A stretch of DNA of 64,000 nt from Eledone cirrhosa. Its lineage: Eukaryota. The stretch lies in contig OZ024742.1 in NCBI GenBank assembly GCA_964016885.1, forward strand, positions 178,436,001 through 178,500,000, in the 5' to 3' direction. The notes below the pieces were generated by a model that ran no database searches, was not told where the DNA came from, and worked only from the letters and a program-made list of their open reading frames with translations. The translations under genes and the position numbers were made by a program. Numbering within the stretch: position 1 is the first letter of the stretch; every line of letters starts with the position of its first letter. Below, piece after piece: positions 24,860-37,457 of this stretch.

Positions 24860-25700
24860 GCAACTATACCGTCCGTCTCGGCAACTAGACCGTCCGTCAT
24901 GGCAACTAGACCGTCCGTCATGGCAACTAGACCGTCCGTCATGGCAACTAGACCGTCTGTCATGGCAACTAGACCGTCCGTCATGGCAACTAGACCGTCC
25001 GTCTCGGCAACTAGACCGTCCGTCTCGGCAACTAGACCGTCCGTCTCGGCAACTAGACCGTCCGTCTCGGCAACTAGACCGTCCGTCTCGGCAACTAGAC
25101 CGTCCGTCTCGGCAACTAGACCGTCCGTCTCGGCAACTAGACCGTCCGTCATGGCAACTAGACCGTCTGTCTCGGCAACTAGACCGTCCGTCTCGGCAAC
25201 TAGACCGTCCGTCTCGGCAACTAGACCGTCTGTCTCGGCAACTAGACCGTCCGTCTCGGCAACTAGACCGTCCGTCTCGGCAACTAGACCGTCCGTCTCG
25301 GCAACTAGACCGTCCGTCTCGGCAACTAGACCGTCCGTCTCGGCAACTAGACCGTCCGTCTCGGCAACTAGACCGTCCGTCTCGGCAACTAGACCGTCCG
25401 TCTCGGCAACTAGACCGTCCGTCTCGGCAACTAGACCGTCCGTCTCGGCAACTAGACCGTCCGTCTCGGCAACTAGACCGTCCGTCTCGGCAACTAGACC
25501 GTCCGTCTCGGCAACTAGACCGTCCGTCATGGCAACTAGACCGTCCGTCATGGCAACTAGACCGTCCGTCATGGCAACTAGACCGTCCGTCATGGCAACT
25601 AGACCGTCCGTCATGGCAACTAGACCGTCCGTCATGGCAACTAGACCGTCAGTCATGGCAACTAGACCGTCCGTCTCGGCAACTAGACCGTCCGTCTCGC
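24860..25700. repeat. 21-bp minisatellite CCGTCCGTC(TC/AT)GGCAACTAGA, about 39-40 copies
   Basis: Near-perfect tandem array, open on both strands (SATRPSV / ETDGLVA). Confidence 0.97.
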
Positions 25701-26644
25701 CACTAAACAATCTTACTATTAAACAATCAACAGTTTGTAAGCAATCCTTGACTTCATTTGGTCAGAGCAACTTTTAACCTGACTCAAAGCCTGTAGATCA
25801 GTGAATATAAACTGTTTTGATCCCTGGCTTACTGTGCTACAAGTGTTATGGAAATCAATCAGCTTTTATTATCCTTTCTTCATTCCTTTCTTGAGCCCTC
25901 AAGTTGTAGAGGCACCATCAGTGGGTCTTTGATATTTTAAACCTGGCAGAATTTCTCCTCCTTCAGGTTCAAATGCAACAGATCTCTTCCAGAGAGAATG
26001 AGAGAGAGAAAGGAAGAAATCAACCCCAATACTAGACTGGTGCTTTATTTCAATTTTTCACCACACTACAGAAAAGAAACAAAATCTCATTGGGACCCCC
26101 TAGTGACTATAAAGTCTAGTTCCCTAGTTTCTAGGCTTTAGCATAGTCAGCCTTTTGAATAATAAGGCCCAGGGAAAGGTGTCGGGTTTTTATCTGCCCC
26201 AGACCAATGTACAGGCTGAAACCTGTCTTTAGGTACCTTTCATTGCAAGCATTCATGCAAGATCTTTGATTTTAGGGCAACATCCTCCCATCTTGTCATC
26301 AGTCTTCGTGTCCCCTAAAATATAAAAGGTTATGGGCACTCTTGATGGATGGCCTCTTAAAAAATATAGGGTTAAGAGCGCTGACTTTTCCCACCTCCCA
26401 GAGCCACAACCCCCCCCCCCCCCCAAAAAAAAAAACGGTCACATTATGGGGGGGAGTGTATCGTAACATTCGGCAAGAGAGGAGAGAGGCACACACTAAT
26501 TTGTAATAATTCTCAGACAGTTTCAGTATAAGCATATCACGGTAAATCTGAGGGTGCACAATTTAAAAGTAGGGAGAAGGAGGGGTTCAGTGCCCACCCC
26601 CATAAATTACCGCGACGGGCCCGGGGTAGGATATGATTTAAAGA

Positions 26645-26790
26645 TAATTTTTTTCTACTTTTGGCACAAGGCCAGCAATTATTCCAGTGCATTACTGGTA
26701 CTTTATTTTATCTACCCCCGTAAGGATGAAAGGCAAAGTTAACCTCGGCGGGATTTGAACTCAGAATGGCAAGGGCCGTAACTCCATGCA
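26645..26790 (-). mobile_element. SINE-A (short variant)
   Basis: Core and tail match other copies. Confidence 0.85.
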
Positions 26791-26989
26791 ATGTCAAAAT
26801 ATATATATATCGTCTGTACGAAAGGGTCATGTTTTCAAATATTATTAAAAGTTCCCAACAAAACTGGTGGTGTTATTTTCGCTTCACTTTATCTTAGCAC
26901 GAAGTACATATATTGCCGTATCCAATTTCCCTTCAGACAAACATAGCTTTCTGTTGTTACTGTAATAAAACTACTACTAATAGTAATTA

Positions 26990-27460
26990 TTATTTCTGAT
27001 TTAGGCACAAGGCCAACAATTTTTTTTTGGGGGGGGGGGGGGGGGGAGAATCAACCTTAGTGCGTATAATAATAAATTTTTTTTATTTGCCACAAGGGCC
27101 AACAAAAAGGGGACAATACAATAGACAGGAACAGTGTGTGTGTGTGGGGGGGGGGGGGGGGGTAATAATGGTTTCTGATTTAAGCACAAGGCCAGCAATT
27201 TTGGGGAGGGGAAAGTCGATTAAAATGCCTCCAGTGCGTGACTGGTACTTTATTTTATTGATGCCGTAAGGATGAAAGGCGAAGCTAACCTCGGCGGGAT
27301 TTGAAATAATAACGATTTCTGATTTAGGCACAAGGCCACCAATTTTTTTTTGGGGGGGGGGGGGGGGGGCGATTTAATCGACCCCAGTGCGTGACTGGTA
27401 CTTTATTTTATCGACGCCGTAAGGATGAAAAGCAAAGTTAATTTCGGCTGGGTTTGAAAT
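26990..27460 (-). mobile_element. Cluster of three 5'-truncated SINE-A copies plus a Tx1-like 3' tail (about 27070-27140)
   Basis: Three GCACAAGGCC tails; TTTATTTGCCACAAGGGCC matches the Tx1-like 3' end. Confidence 0.8.
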
Positions 27461-27729
27461 AATAATAATAAAGTGTTAAGATAGAATGTTGCCGAGTAAA
27501 TTCGAAGAGAATGAAGAGAATGAGACTGAAATTAGAAAACAAAATGCAAGAAAGGGAGGAGGGAGGGAGAGATGAGTAAAGAGAAACAGTAAAGCGTGTT
27601 TGTTTGAATGAAAGGAAGAAAAGGTAGGAGAAAGAGAATGGTAGAGAAATATAGCGAAAGAGAAAAAGAGATGGAGAGAAATGTGTTAGAGAGAGAATGA
27701 AAGAAAAGAATAAAAATAAAAAAAAGAAG

Positions 27730-28040
27730 AATCACTGAGAGAATGTGACGAGATCAGTTTCGTTGTAGACGAACAGAATCGCCACAATAATAATTTTTTT
27801 CTTCTTCTGATCCACGTGGTAACTAACCGGTTCTTTCTGGGAGGTGGGGATATCAGTTCCTTCTATATTCCTTTCTGTCTGCTTCTCTCTCTTTCGCTCA
27901 TGTTTTCTATTGGTTTTCATCATGTAAGGTTCGGTAGAATAGTTGTTGGTTTGAGCGGTATACACATACATAATGATGACATCATATGAGAGTGTTGGCG
28001 AGTAGACTGCTGTGTCCTTTCAAACCGAACCTTGGGTACG
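27730..28040. promoter_or_regulatory. Candidate promoter or enhancer (E-box, CCAAT, CRE-like)
   Basis: CCACGTGG 27812-27819, ATTGG 27909-27913, ATGACATCAT 27976-27985; CpG retained; possible donor GG|GTACGT at 28036. Confidence 0.3.
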
Positions 28041-28794
28041 TAAAGCATATGTGTCAGTGATTTTTATCTATGTTGACATGTATAAGGAGCACTTTTTCAT
28101 GTTCTAAACACGAATACTGTGTATTTTCTCCTGTCAGTTTAGCGTCTTAATGATCATTTTTCACCTGCTTCTAATTAATTATGAAAATCGAAATTCATTT
28201 TTGCCCTTCTAATAAGGTACAGCCTAACTATTTATAATGATACCCCCTTTTGTTTTGTTTTTTGCTCTCACTACAGGCACACATATTTTGAATGGGAGAT
28301 ATTTGTTAACAAACTATAACACACCTCTTCAAATTTATGTCCCCGTGTCAAAATAAGAAATTATTTTTAATTGTATATAAAGGTGTTACTGAGGAATACT
28401 GGTTCTTTAGATTCATTTGTGTAACATTCATGTAAGCATCTCTTCATTCCACACTGACAGACCACACCTTTTTTTTTCTTACACATATGCTTGTTTTCTA
28501 AATTGGAAGGATATTTTACATAGTGAAGGCAAAATTTCATTTCCTCGCCGTTTTATCTGGGGGCTTTCTGTTTAATTGTATGTTATTTTTTTTGCTGGAT
28601 TCTAATTTTCTCCCGTTTCTTGATATTTGTTGCTCTGAGATGAGCGGAGAAACAAAACGAAAATAAAACCGAGTATAAAAAAAAAACACTCTACCACACA
28701 TATACACACATTCATAAACACATACATACACATTTTTACACACGCACATATATTTGCATATACGTATATACACACACATTCATACACATGGTTA

Positions 28795-28830
28795 CATCTA
28801 GATACCGAATTAATATTTGGTATCTAGATG
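28795..28830. repeat. Short palindrome, 12-bp stem
   Basis: CATCTAGATACC...GGTATCTAGATG. Confidence 0.85.
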
Positions 28831-29200
28831 ATAAACGACGACTAACATGATACATTGTTATTAGTTGCTTTACAGTAATGAAGTGTTTTGTAACCAAACA
28901 GTTGTGTGTGATGTGTGTACGTTGAGGGTGGGGTGGTCTTGGAAGTGTTCCACTTTAATAACATGTACTTTAAGCATGAACCAACCTATCTTTTGGTTTT
29001 GAAACCTATACACGAACGCATATCTGGAGATGTATATATAATCAATGTGTGTGTGTGAGGGTATATATATATACATATATATATATATAATCAATGTGTG
29101 TGTATGTACATGTGTGTGTATATATATCATTTTCGAGTACGGCCACTACTTTATATCCATGTAGGATATGTATATACATATATACATACATACATACATA

Positions 29201-29273
29201 CAGGATGTCCCACCAAAAATGTATACACACTTCAACAGCATTCTAATAAATGTGTATACATTTTTGGGGACAG

Positions 29274-29277
<4 letters not shown>
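29201..29277. mobile_element. ~80-bp Tc1/mariner-type MITE
   Basis: TA-CAGGATGTCCCACCAAAAATGTATACAC...GTGTATACATTTTTGGGGACAGCCTA-TA. Confidence 0.75.
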
Positions 29278-29321
<44 letters not shown>

Positions 29322-29559
29322 CAATGTGTATAGATGTATAGATGTCTGTGTGTGTACATTATATATATATATATGTGTGTGTCAAGGTATACAAAATACA
29401 ACTAAAACAAAGTGACAGTTGAAAATAAAATCAAGAACGTAATATAATATATTCTGTATTTTCTCCGGGCACGACCATTTCTATCAGATTTCCATACCAA
29501 TACATGGATAAAATCGTATGAAGATTTGATTTTATCGATCAATCGATGGACCTCCGTCG

Positions 29560-30050
29560 TTTTCGACGATGAATGATCCAGTCATTTGATCGGCGGAACA
29601 GCTTGCTCATGAAATTAACGTATAAGTGGTCAAGAATTCAGCAGATACGTATACCCCTTAAGGTAATTTCAAGGAGATTCAGCGTGACATGGTTGACTCT
29701 TTGAATTGCTTGTACAATCCATCTGAAGCAGTGCCGGATTTAGGATAAATGAGGCCTTGTGCTAGTTAAGATATGAGGCCCCTTACTTGGGCCTTGAAGG
29801 AGATAGGCCCAGTAGGCCTACACAGGCATACATGCTGGGGCCCTGTGCTTAAGTACACCTAAGCACAATGGCAAACCTGGCACTGATACAAAGAGCTTTC
29901 AAGCAATTTCCGTCTATTCAGTTTCATTCACAAAAGTATGGGTTGATCTGAGGTTATGGTAAACGACACTTGCCTAAGATACCAAGCGGTGGAATCAAAC
30001 CTGGGACTTAATGATTGTGAAGGAAAACCCCTTAAATATACGGTCATGCT
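29560..30050 (-). mobile_element. SINE family C, interrupted by a hAT-like MITE at 29729-29885
   Basis: Colinear with 3750-4065 once the CAGTGCCGG...CTGGCACTG insert is removed. Confidence 0.7.
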
Positions 30051-30084
30051 GCATCAATAGATGGTATAGCCTGTAATGTGATGA

Positions 30085-30420
30085 TAATGATGATGAAGGC
30101 CCAACTCGGTCACGAATGACCATGGTTTTGCACCTAGAAAGTTTCCCTCCGAGGCACAAGCCTGGGCAAGGTTTGTTTTGAGGAAGACAGCAGCCGACCA
30201 TGCATACCAGTCTCCCCTCTCCATGCCACCGATGTTGTCCAAGGGAAAGGCAATGACCGATACAGCCTGGCACCAGTCACGTCGCAACTCATTTCTACAG
30301 CTGAGTAAACTAGAGCAACGTGAAATAAAGTGTCTTGCTCAAGGACACAACACATCACCCAGTCCGAGAATCGAACTCACAACCTCTCAATTGCAAGCCC
30401 AATGCTCTAGCCACTAAGCC
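30085..30420 (-). mobile_element. Full-length CORE-SINE
   Basis: tRNA head GGCTTAGTGG...GAGTTCGATTCT, CORE block and (CAT)n tail; homologous to 52990-53345. Confidence 0.85.
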
Positions 30421-30797
30421 ATGATGAACATTTGTATAAAGCTGTGATCCAATGTGCCTCTATGAGTTCTGCACTAAAGTTGACTCCCTAATTGACCTAA
30501 TGTTAGAGACGACGATGGGGGTATAGTAAAAAAAAATAATAATAATAATTCAATAATTCCTTGATTACATCTGTAAAGATGCTAGAATCCCCGAGTTTTC
30601 CCTTACCTTTCTAATCTTCTTCCTCTTTTTATTCTTCTTTTCGACATTACAGCCATATCTGTATTTATTTTTAATTTTCATTTAAATCAATTACACTAAT
30701 TATCTTCTATATCATTATGAAATGTATATCCACTAAATTGCCATGACAACTTGCATCTGTAATCAAAAACACAAATGTAATCACTCCCCCGTCTCTC

Positions 30798-30829
<32 letters not shown>

Positions 30830-31025
30830 AGTCTAAATGATATATGCCTGCACACACATGTAGTGGCACCACAATAAAATGCACTCCGTAAAGCATGGGA
30901 TAATATGTAAGCAATATGCAGACCCCCAGCACATCTGAGAGCTCAGTAGCCCCACTTGAGTAATGACTTGGTCTGTGAAGATCTGTCTGACCCTTGCTAG
31001 TAGTAGAAATGAATGCTAAATGAGG

Positions 31026-31059
<34 letters not shown>

Positions 31060-31062
<3 letters not shown>

Positions 31063-31690
31063 TTGCTTGCATATTCCTGGGAGGCTCATGGTGGCAGTCC
31101 TCTAGCATGCCTTCCTGCAGGTCCAATCAGCAACAACTGTCTCCAATTGATCCAGCTGGATCCCCAAATGAGACCAGCTGAGCTCCTGGATGTTATCCAA
31201 CCATCTTGCCCAGGGTCTACTCCTGGGCTTCCTGCCAGTTGGTTTTTGCCCGTAAAATCTGTCCAGTGAATCTTTCTTTAAACATTCTCCCCACATATCT
31301 GTAGTATCCAAGCTGTGGTCTCTGAATTCAGGGTAGTAGTAGCTCTACCTGGAGTGACTTACTCATTTCGAAGCTTGCACTCTATCAAGACTGTTTGGAG
31401 GAACCCCGTTTCAGCTGCATCAATTTGCAATCGTGCTCTTTCTGTCATTACCCAAGATTCATGACCATAGATGCAGGTTGGAACGAATCGCGAATTGAAG
31501 CTAGTGAGTTTGGCTTTTACACCTACCTCCCTTCTTCTGGTGACTGAATGTTGAAGCTTGCACATTACTGTATTAGCTCCTGCAATTCTTGCACTTAATT
31601 CAACTTCATGATTTCTATCACTCATGAACAAGTCCCCAAGATACTTGAAATTCTCCAGATGCTTCAGTGGAACTCCACTCACATGTAGAG
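31060..31690 (-). mobile_element. RTE-clade LINE 3' fragment
   Basis: FKYLG..ELSARIAGA..FVPTCIYGHESWVMTE and RWLDNI motifs; same family as 4680-5930. Confidence 0.85.
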
Positions 31691-32366
31691 ATCAATAATT
31701 GATTTTGTTATTGTCTGTGATCTCTTCGATTCTGTACTGGATGTTCAAGTTAAGAGAGAGCTGAACTGTCAACTGATTACCATCTAGTTATCTGCAACCT
31801 GAGACTTCCTAAAGCCAAGAAAACACACAAAACTGGCAAGTCCAGCTTGACCTACAAGATAAAGTGGGAAGCACTGGCTGATAAGGTCAGAATGAGGTAT
31901 GCAGATACTATTGCATCCAAATTCAAAGAACTCCTTGAACAACTAATGACATTGAAACAAAGTGGAGATTGTTCAACTTGGCAGTTCAACTTCAGCTGTT
32001 AAATGTTGTGGCCTGATATATATATGGAATGTGGGATCATATGTAAAATGCAGATCCCCTATTTGTGTGAGAGGCCAATAGCCCCACTTCAGCACTGACT
32101 TAGTTTGTGAAGACCTATCTAAACCTTGCTAGGAGGGAAAGTGGATGTTAAATTATGATGATGATGATGATGATATATATCTTTTCCATTTGATGAACTG
32201 TGCCCTATTTTATTGTGAATGTCTGCACATGTACATTTGTATGTTGATTACAAAAATCACAACCATTTTTTTTCTTTTGAGAAATATATATATATGTCAT
32301 CCTTCACACACATCACAGTCCTCCCTCCTGCACATGTTATTGGATACATCCTTCGGCTGATCCACA

Positions 32367-32407
<41 letters not shown>

Positions 32408-32459
32408 AGAGTATACTCTTCTCATCTCCCTCCATACTTTTTCTTAAACCACTTTTAGA

Positions 32460-32830
32460 GTATATAGAACCCAATAACGTTATATAATATTTTACTGCAT
32501 ATATATAAACCACTGCTATAGAATGCTTCTGATTGGTGTATAGAAACCAAATATAAACTACTAAGGTTATAGAATGTCACTGATAGGGTGTATAAAATCT
32601 AATAAGGTTACATATAATATCTGACTGCATATATATAAATCAACAAGGTTATAGTATGCTTCTGATATGCCTGACTTCATATATAGACCACTAAAGTTAT
32701 ACAATGCTTCTAATAGGGTGTATAGAAGCTGATAAGCTTATATATAATGTCTGACAGCATATATATAAACAGAATGTCACTGATAAGGTGTGTAGAAGCC
32801 AAAAAGGTTATATGTCTGAGTATAGAATAT
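32460..32830. repeat. Degenerate minisatellite
   Basis: Recurrent TATAGAATG(CTT/TCA)CTGATAGGGTGTATA units. Confidence 0.7.
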
Positions 32831-32865
32831 TTTTTTTTTAAATCTCATGCCAGTGTGAAAAAATG

Positions 32866-33412
32866 GATGTTTGGCGTACAAAGCGCATAGGTCGACCCCC
32901 TAAAATTGTGAGGTGTAATTTAGGATTAGGCCTATATTCGCAGGGTAAGACCCCCCCCCCAAAAAAAAAAAAAAATTTACGGCAGTACCATCTCCCCAGC
33001 CCTAGATGTGCTTACCATTCTATATTTGCACACAATATGAAACATGGAAACAAACACTAAATAGTTGTAAAATAAAAATGCTTGTGAAGAAAATGCAATT
33101 TGTAAAATTTATTCACTTGGAAATAATTGTTTCTACTTTTGGCACAAGGCCAGCAAATACCCAATGCATTACTGGTACTTTATTCTATCGACCCCGGAAG
33201 GATGAAAGGTAAAGTTAACCTCGGCGGGATTTGAACTCAGATCATAATTGTGGTGCACTGCTAGAGTTATGGTAAGTGGTGTTCAACAAGTGGTAGGTTG
33301 GCAGTTTCGCTGGTAAAGTTTCATAATTTATATTTGGAGGACAAGTCGACCCCTGGTTTTGGAGAGACTTTTAGATTCCAAATGTCGACTTGTACACTGG
33401 CATATACAGTAT
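32866..33412. mobile_element. pogo/Tigger-like DNA transposon fragments with a SINE-A insert (33125-33243)
   Basis: GTCGACCCC and GTCGACTTGTACAC...TATACAGTA terminal motifs. Confidence 0.45.
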
Positions 33413-33499
33413 ATATGTGTGTAGTAATAATAAATACAAAAGCCAAAATCCGAAGAAGGCTCGATAAGAATTGTTATGTATACATACAGTGGTGGAGTG

Positions 33500-33840
33500 A
33501 GTATATTTTATTGTGGCATCAGTACAACTAGTTTACAGTGTGTACTGGGTACATCACCAATACTACCATGTTACAATGTGTACTGGGTACATTTTATCAT
33601 GACACCAATACTATCATATTACAGTGTGTACTGGCTACATTTTATCTCAACACAGGTACTATCATATTACAGTGTGTACTGGCCACATTTTATCATGACA
33701 CCAGCAGTGATGTACTAGGTACATTTTATTGCAGCACCAGCACTATCACTTCATAGTTATGATGTATACATTATATCATGGCACCAGCACTGCCAGTTTA
33801 TATTGATGGACTTAGTACATTTTATTGTAACATCAGCTCT
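33500..33840. repeat. ~48-bp minisatellite derived from a SINE-B internal segment
   Basis: TTACAGTGTGTACTGGGTACATTTTATCATGACACCAGCACTA units; reverse of the 49640-49940 array. Confidence 0.8.
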
Positions 33841-34503
33841 AGGAGAACTGAATTTCCATGCGAAGAGCAGAGTTGGAGGACAAACAAATATTAATGCCCA
33901 ACGTCAGTCTTTGAGAATCTAGTACCTCAGGAAGCATTAATTTTCAATGTTTCTTGGGCAGACTACATGTCTAAGGGTCAAATGGATCCCCTACCATATG
34001 ATACAATTGTATCTCTCTGCCTAGAGAGCTGTCAACTCAACAACCTTAATAAGCTAAACTTCAACATGATTTCTGAGGCAGTTATTGGAACTGTAAAAGG
34101 AATATATTTCCGCCTTCACTAATTACTGTTTTTACTGTATAAATGCCAAACTGATTGCTGTTATATTTTAAACTCTTGTTTAACCCTTTCAATACCAAAC
34201 TGCCAGAAACTGCACCTGGTTCTATGGCACAAAACTGTTTAAAGTGTTATATTTATCTAAAACATTCCATCATAATTTTATGTAAGGACATTTAAGTTAT
34301 ATTTTAAACACCAGCTTAACCCTTTTTTATTCTAAACCACTTGAAACTGCATCTGATTCTAAGATGCAATAATGTTTATATTTATCTAAAAATATTCTAT
34401 CAATTTTATGTGAAAACCTTAAGTCTTGTGTCAAACTTCTTTTGATAAAAAGACCACCTAAAACTGCTCTTGATTCATCATCATTATTTTATGTATGCTA
34501 TTC

Positions 34504-34790
34504 CAGTAGTCTCCAATCTTTTTACACCACGGATCGGTGATATGCAAGACAATTTCTCCACAGACCAAAAAAGAGGTCAGTGTTTGTCATGTGCATAACA
34601 AAACACAAAGTGCATATATAATTTTATTATTAATATAATTATTACATTTATACTTTAAATTTGACTCAACTCAACATAATGTAGAATCATTTCAACATAA
34701 AGTAGACTAAAATAATCAATAAGATGGGAAAAAAATGTTTTAATTCCCTGTGTAGCCTGATACCAAATGGTCCACAGCCCAGTACAGGTC
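34504..34790. mobile_element. hAT (Charlie-type) MITE with 8-bp TSD TGCTATTC
   Basis: TSD at 34496-34503 and 34791-34798; CAGTAGTCTCCAATCTTTT terminus. Confidence 0.7.
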
Positions 34791-35037
34791 TGCTATTCCA
34801 TGGTTGAGTAGGTTGGACAGGTCTTTTTCAGCACACCATCTCTCTACTCTTCGTATTCTTTCATCATCTCTGTGTGTTCCAGCAATTTGAGATTTGCTGT
34901 CATCACTTCTGTCCAGGTTTCCTTGGTCTTCTAACGGACAGTAGTGTTTATCTTAGTGTTTATATGTGACTAAAAAGTTTCCATCATAATTTATGTAAGA
35001 ACTTCTATGGTATGTTTCAAACACCAGCTTAATAATG

Positions 35038-35252
35038 GTTTCTTATATAGGCACAAGGCCAGTAATTTGGGGGGAGGGGAAAGACGATTAAATCGACCCC
35101 AGTGCGTGACTGGTACTTTATTTTATCGACCCCATAAGGATGAAAGGCAAAGTTAACCTCGGCGGGATTTGAGCTCAGATCATAAAGAGCCGTAACTCTA
35201 TGCTGCAAAGCATGGCGTTCGACCCTCTACCGATACTGCCAATCCACTGCCC
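35038..35252 (-). mobile_element. Full-length SINE-A with a 21-bp TSD, inserted in a P2 MITE
   Basis: TCAAACACCAGCTTAATAATG at 35017-35037 and 35253-35273. Confidence 0.92.
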
Positions 35253-35594
35253 TCAAACACCAGCTTAATAATGAGAAAGGTAGTTATATTACTAAATCTC
35301 TTCAAATTCTTTATATTTCAATTCAATATGATTTGAAAATCATAGATTAGTTCTTTCACTAGAAATATGGTATCAAATAGTTTAATTCAATTAGGAAATG
35401 CAACCATCTTAAAATAAATAATAGTGTTGGTAAAATCAGTTTGAAATTAATTATCTTGTTATTCTCCTGTATTCTATATATGATTATGTACTCTGCTTAA
35501 CACCATTGAAGTCATAATAAAATAATGCCATATACATTATAAAAATTAATAGAGGTGTACATGAAAGCATATACAATATGTTTATATAAACATA

Positions 35595-36493
35595 CTAGCA
35601 GTAAAGCCCGGCGTTGCTCGGGGTCGTTCAGTAGCTGTGTTAAAGTTACAATGTTAAGTTTCTTTTTTGGCTTAAAAACTGTAGTGTCTACTGTGCAGAC
35701 TTGCATGTGGTGTTTTTGATTAATATTCCCTCAACCAACAATATGCCTTATGAAGTTAAGAAAACATAACGATAACCCGAATGTTATAACAAAAGAGGAT
35801 GCTGGGGATAAAAACTGCACTGGTTATTTATTAACAAAGATCGAAAATGTAAACACTGCAACGCAGAGAAAAACATTAGCGTAACCAAATTATCAGTTAT
35901 GTCTGTCTGCACGCCTATATCACCTCTCTGCACGACTGTCTGTCTGCACGCCTATATCACCTCTCTGCACGACTGTCTGTCTGCACGCCTATATCACCTC
36001 TCTGCACGACTGTCTGTCTGCACGCGTATATCACCTCTCTGCACGACTGTCTGCCTGCACGCCTAACGACGAAATATTTGCTTGTTTTACGTAGTCTTTA
36101 AATAGACTTGTTTTCAAGTAAAAATATTGTTTTAAAATGCTTTTAAATGGAAATGAAGCAAAACGGAAGCTTAGTGTTCGAACTGATGAATTTTGCAGGT
36201 CAATATTTTGCTGGCTCGACAACTGTTAAAGCCAGCGTAATTTTTTACGTAAGACGCTCAATGTAAACAGAACAAAGGGAAATAACTGATAACTTACGCT
36301 CAAAAATCGATACATTATATTCGATTTCGTCACATAGGGTGCGTCAATGTGAAATTTTTTTTTTTCCGATGTCTTCGCTAGGGCTCAATGTACAAGTATA
36401 GCAATTTCGGTGCAATTCCGTGAGATATTCTAAGAGGAGATGTGTGCCAAAAATCGATAGACAGACAGACAACCACACTTTTATATATATAGA
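35595..36493 (-). mobile_element. Non-autonomous Helitron with an internal 37-bp minisatellite (35900-36065)
   Basis: Minus strand A|TCTATATATATAAAAG ... hairpin CCCGAGCAACGCCGGG ... CTAG|T; no TSD. Confidence 0.9.
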
Positions 36494-36870
36494 TAAATGC
36501 TATTATCTATGCCTCTATTATGAATGAAGCTGTATTAGTGCTACTGTTAATTATACAAATTGTATTTATTAACTGGTAGTGAATTGGCAGCTGTTAGAAC
36601 ACAAGAGAGAATGATTTGTAGCATTTATTCTGTCTCTGTGCTTTAAGTTCAAAACCTGCCATGATCAACTTTGCTTTTCATCCTTATGAGGTTGATAAAT
36701 AAGTACTAGTTTAGTACTGGGGTCAATTCTTCCTCTATAATTCTTTCTCTGGAAGAAATCTGCTGTGTTCAAACCTGGACATAGGCTCTGCCAAGTTTTA
36801 AAATGTCCAAGCCTCATATATCACTAAGGCCTCCATAAGACTCCATCAGGAGTTGTAGCTCCATACAAAA

Positions 36871-36915
36871 TAAATAATTATTCAACTTAATAAATATAAG
36901 TTGAATAATTATTTA
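36871..36915. repeat. AT-rich palindrome, 19-bp arms
   Basis: TAAATAATTATTCAACTTA / TAAGTTGAATAATTATTTA. Confidence 0.9.
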
Positions 36916-37457
36916 GGAAAAGGAAGATGTGACTGAAACTTGTTAAAACAAAGAGGAACTGATTATCCCAAGGAAATCACATATAAAGCATTTTTACTAA
37001 GAAAGTAAGAAGAAAAGGAATGCATTTAATTTTTTGTTTTTTTTATTCAGAATTTACTGTTTAGTAATGAAAATGAAAAAAATATTCTCTTTCTTTTCCT
37101 TTCAATGAAGACAAGAAGTAAGTAGTGTTTGCAAAAGATAAGACTGAAAATGTTTAAAATGCTTATATTTTTATCACAATGTACTAATTAAATAGTGTGT
37201 ATGAATTTGCTTCAGTTATGATTCGAGTTAATGAATTTTCCTAAGTTTCCATAGCTTAATGTTTAAGTCTTTTTTTTAGTGTTTTAATCTTTCTATATAA
37301 AATGCATTGTGTATCTAAGTATTTGTTCATTGCTGTTGTGGCTGCTGTGTCAAATGCAAGAAATTACATAATCACGTGGTTTTAAATGAGAAATCAAATT
37401 GCATTGGTGCAATTTCAAAATACTGTCTTGAGGAAAATGTAAAGTTTGATCTTTTAA

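Noticed and set aside
24841-25777. 289/292-aa ORFs as genes
   Set aside because: Openness follows from a stop-free 21-bp unit; there is no unique domain or convincing splice context. Kept only as a finding.
27973-28033. C/D box snoRNA (ATGATGA within an inverted repeat)
   Set aside because: No CTGA D box near the 3' stem, and the C box is not adjacent to the 5' stem.
33476-33756. Repetitive ORFs (also 49665-50023)
   Set aside because: Products of the 48-bp SINE-derived minisatellite.
37051-37118. Possible plus-strand micro-exon (ttattcag| ... A|GTAAGT)
   Set aside because: Isolated, AT-rich, with no partner exon or recognisable peptide.
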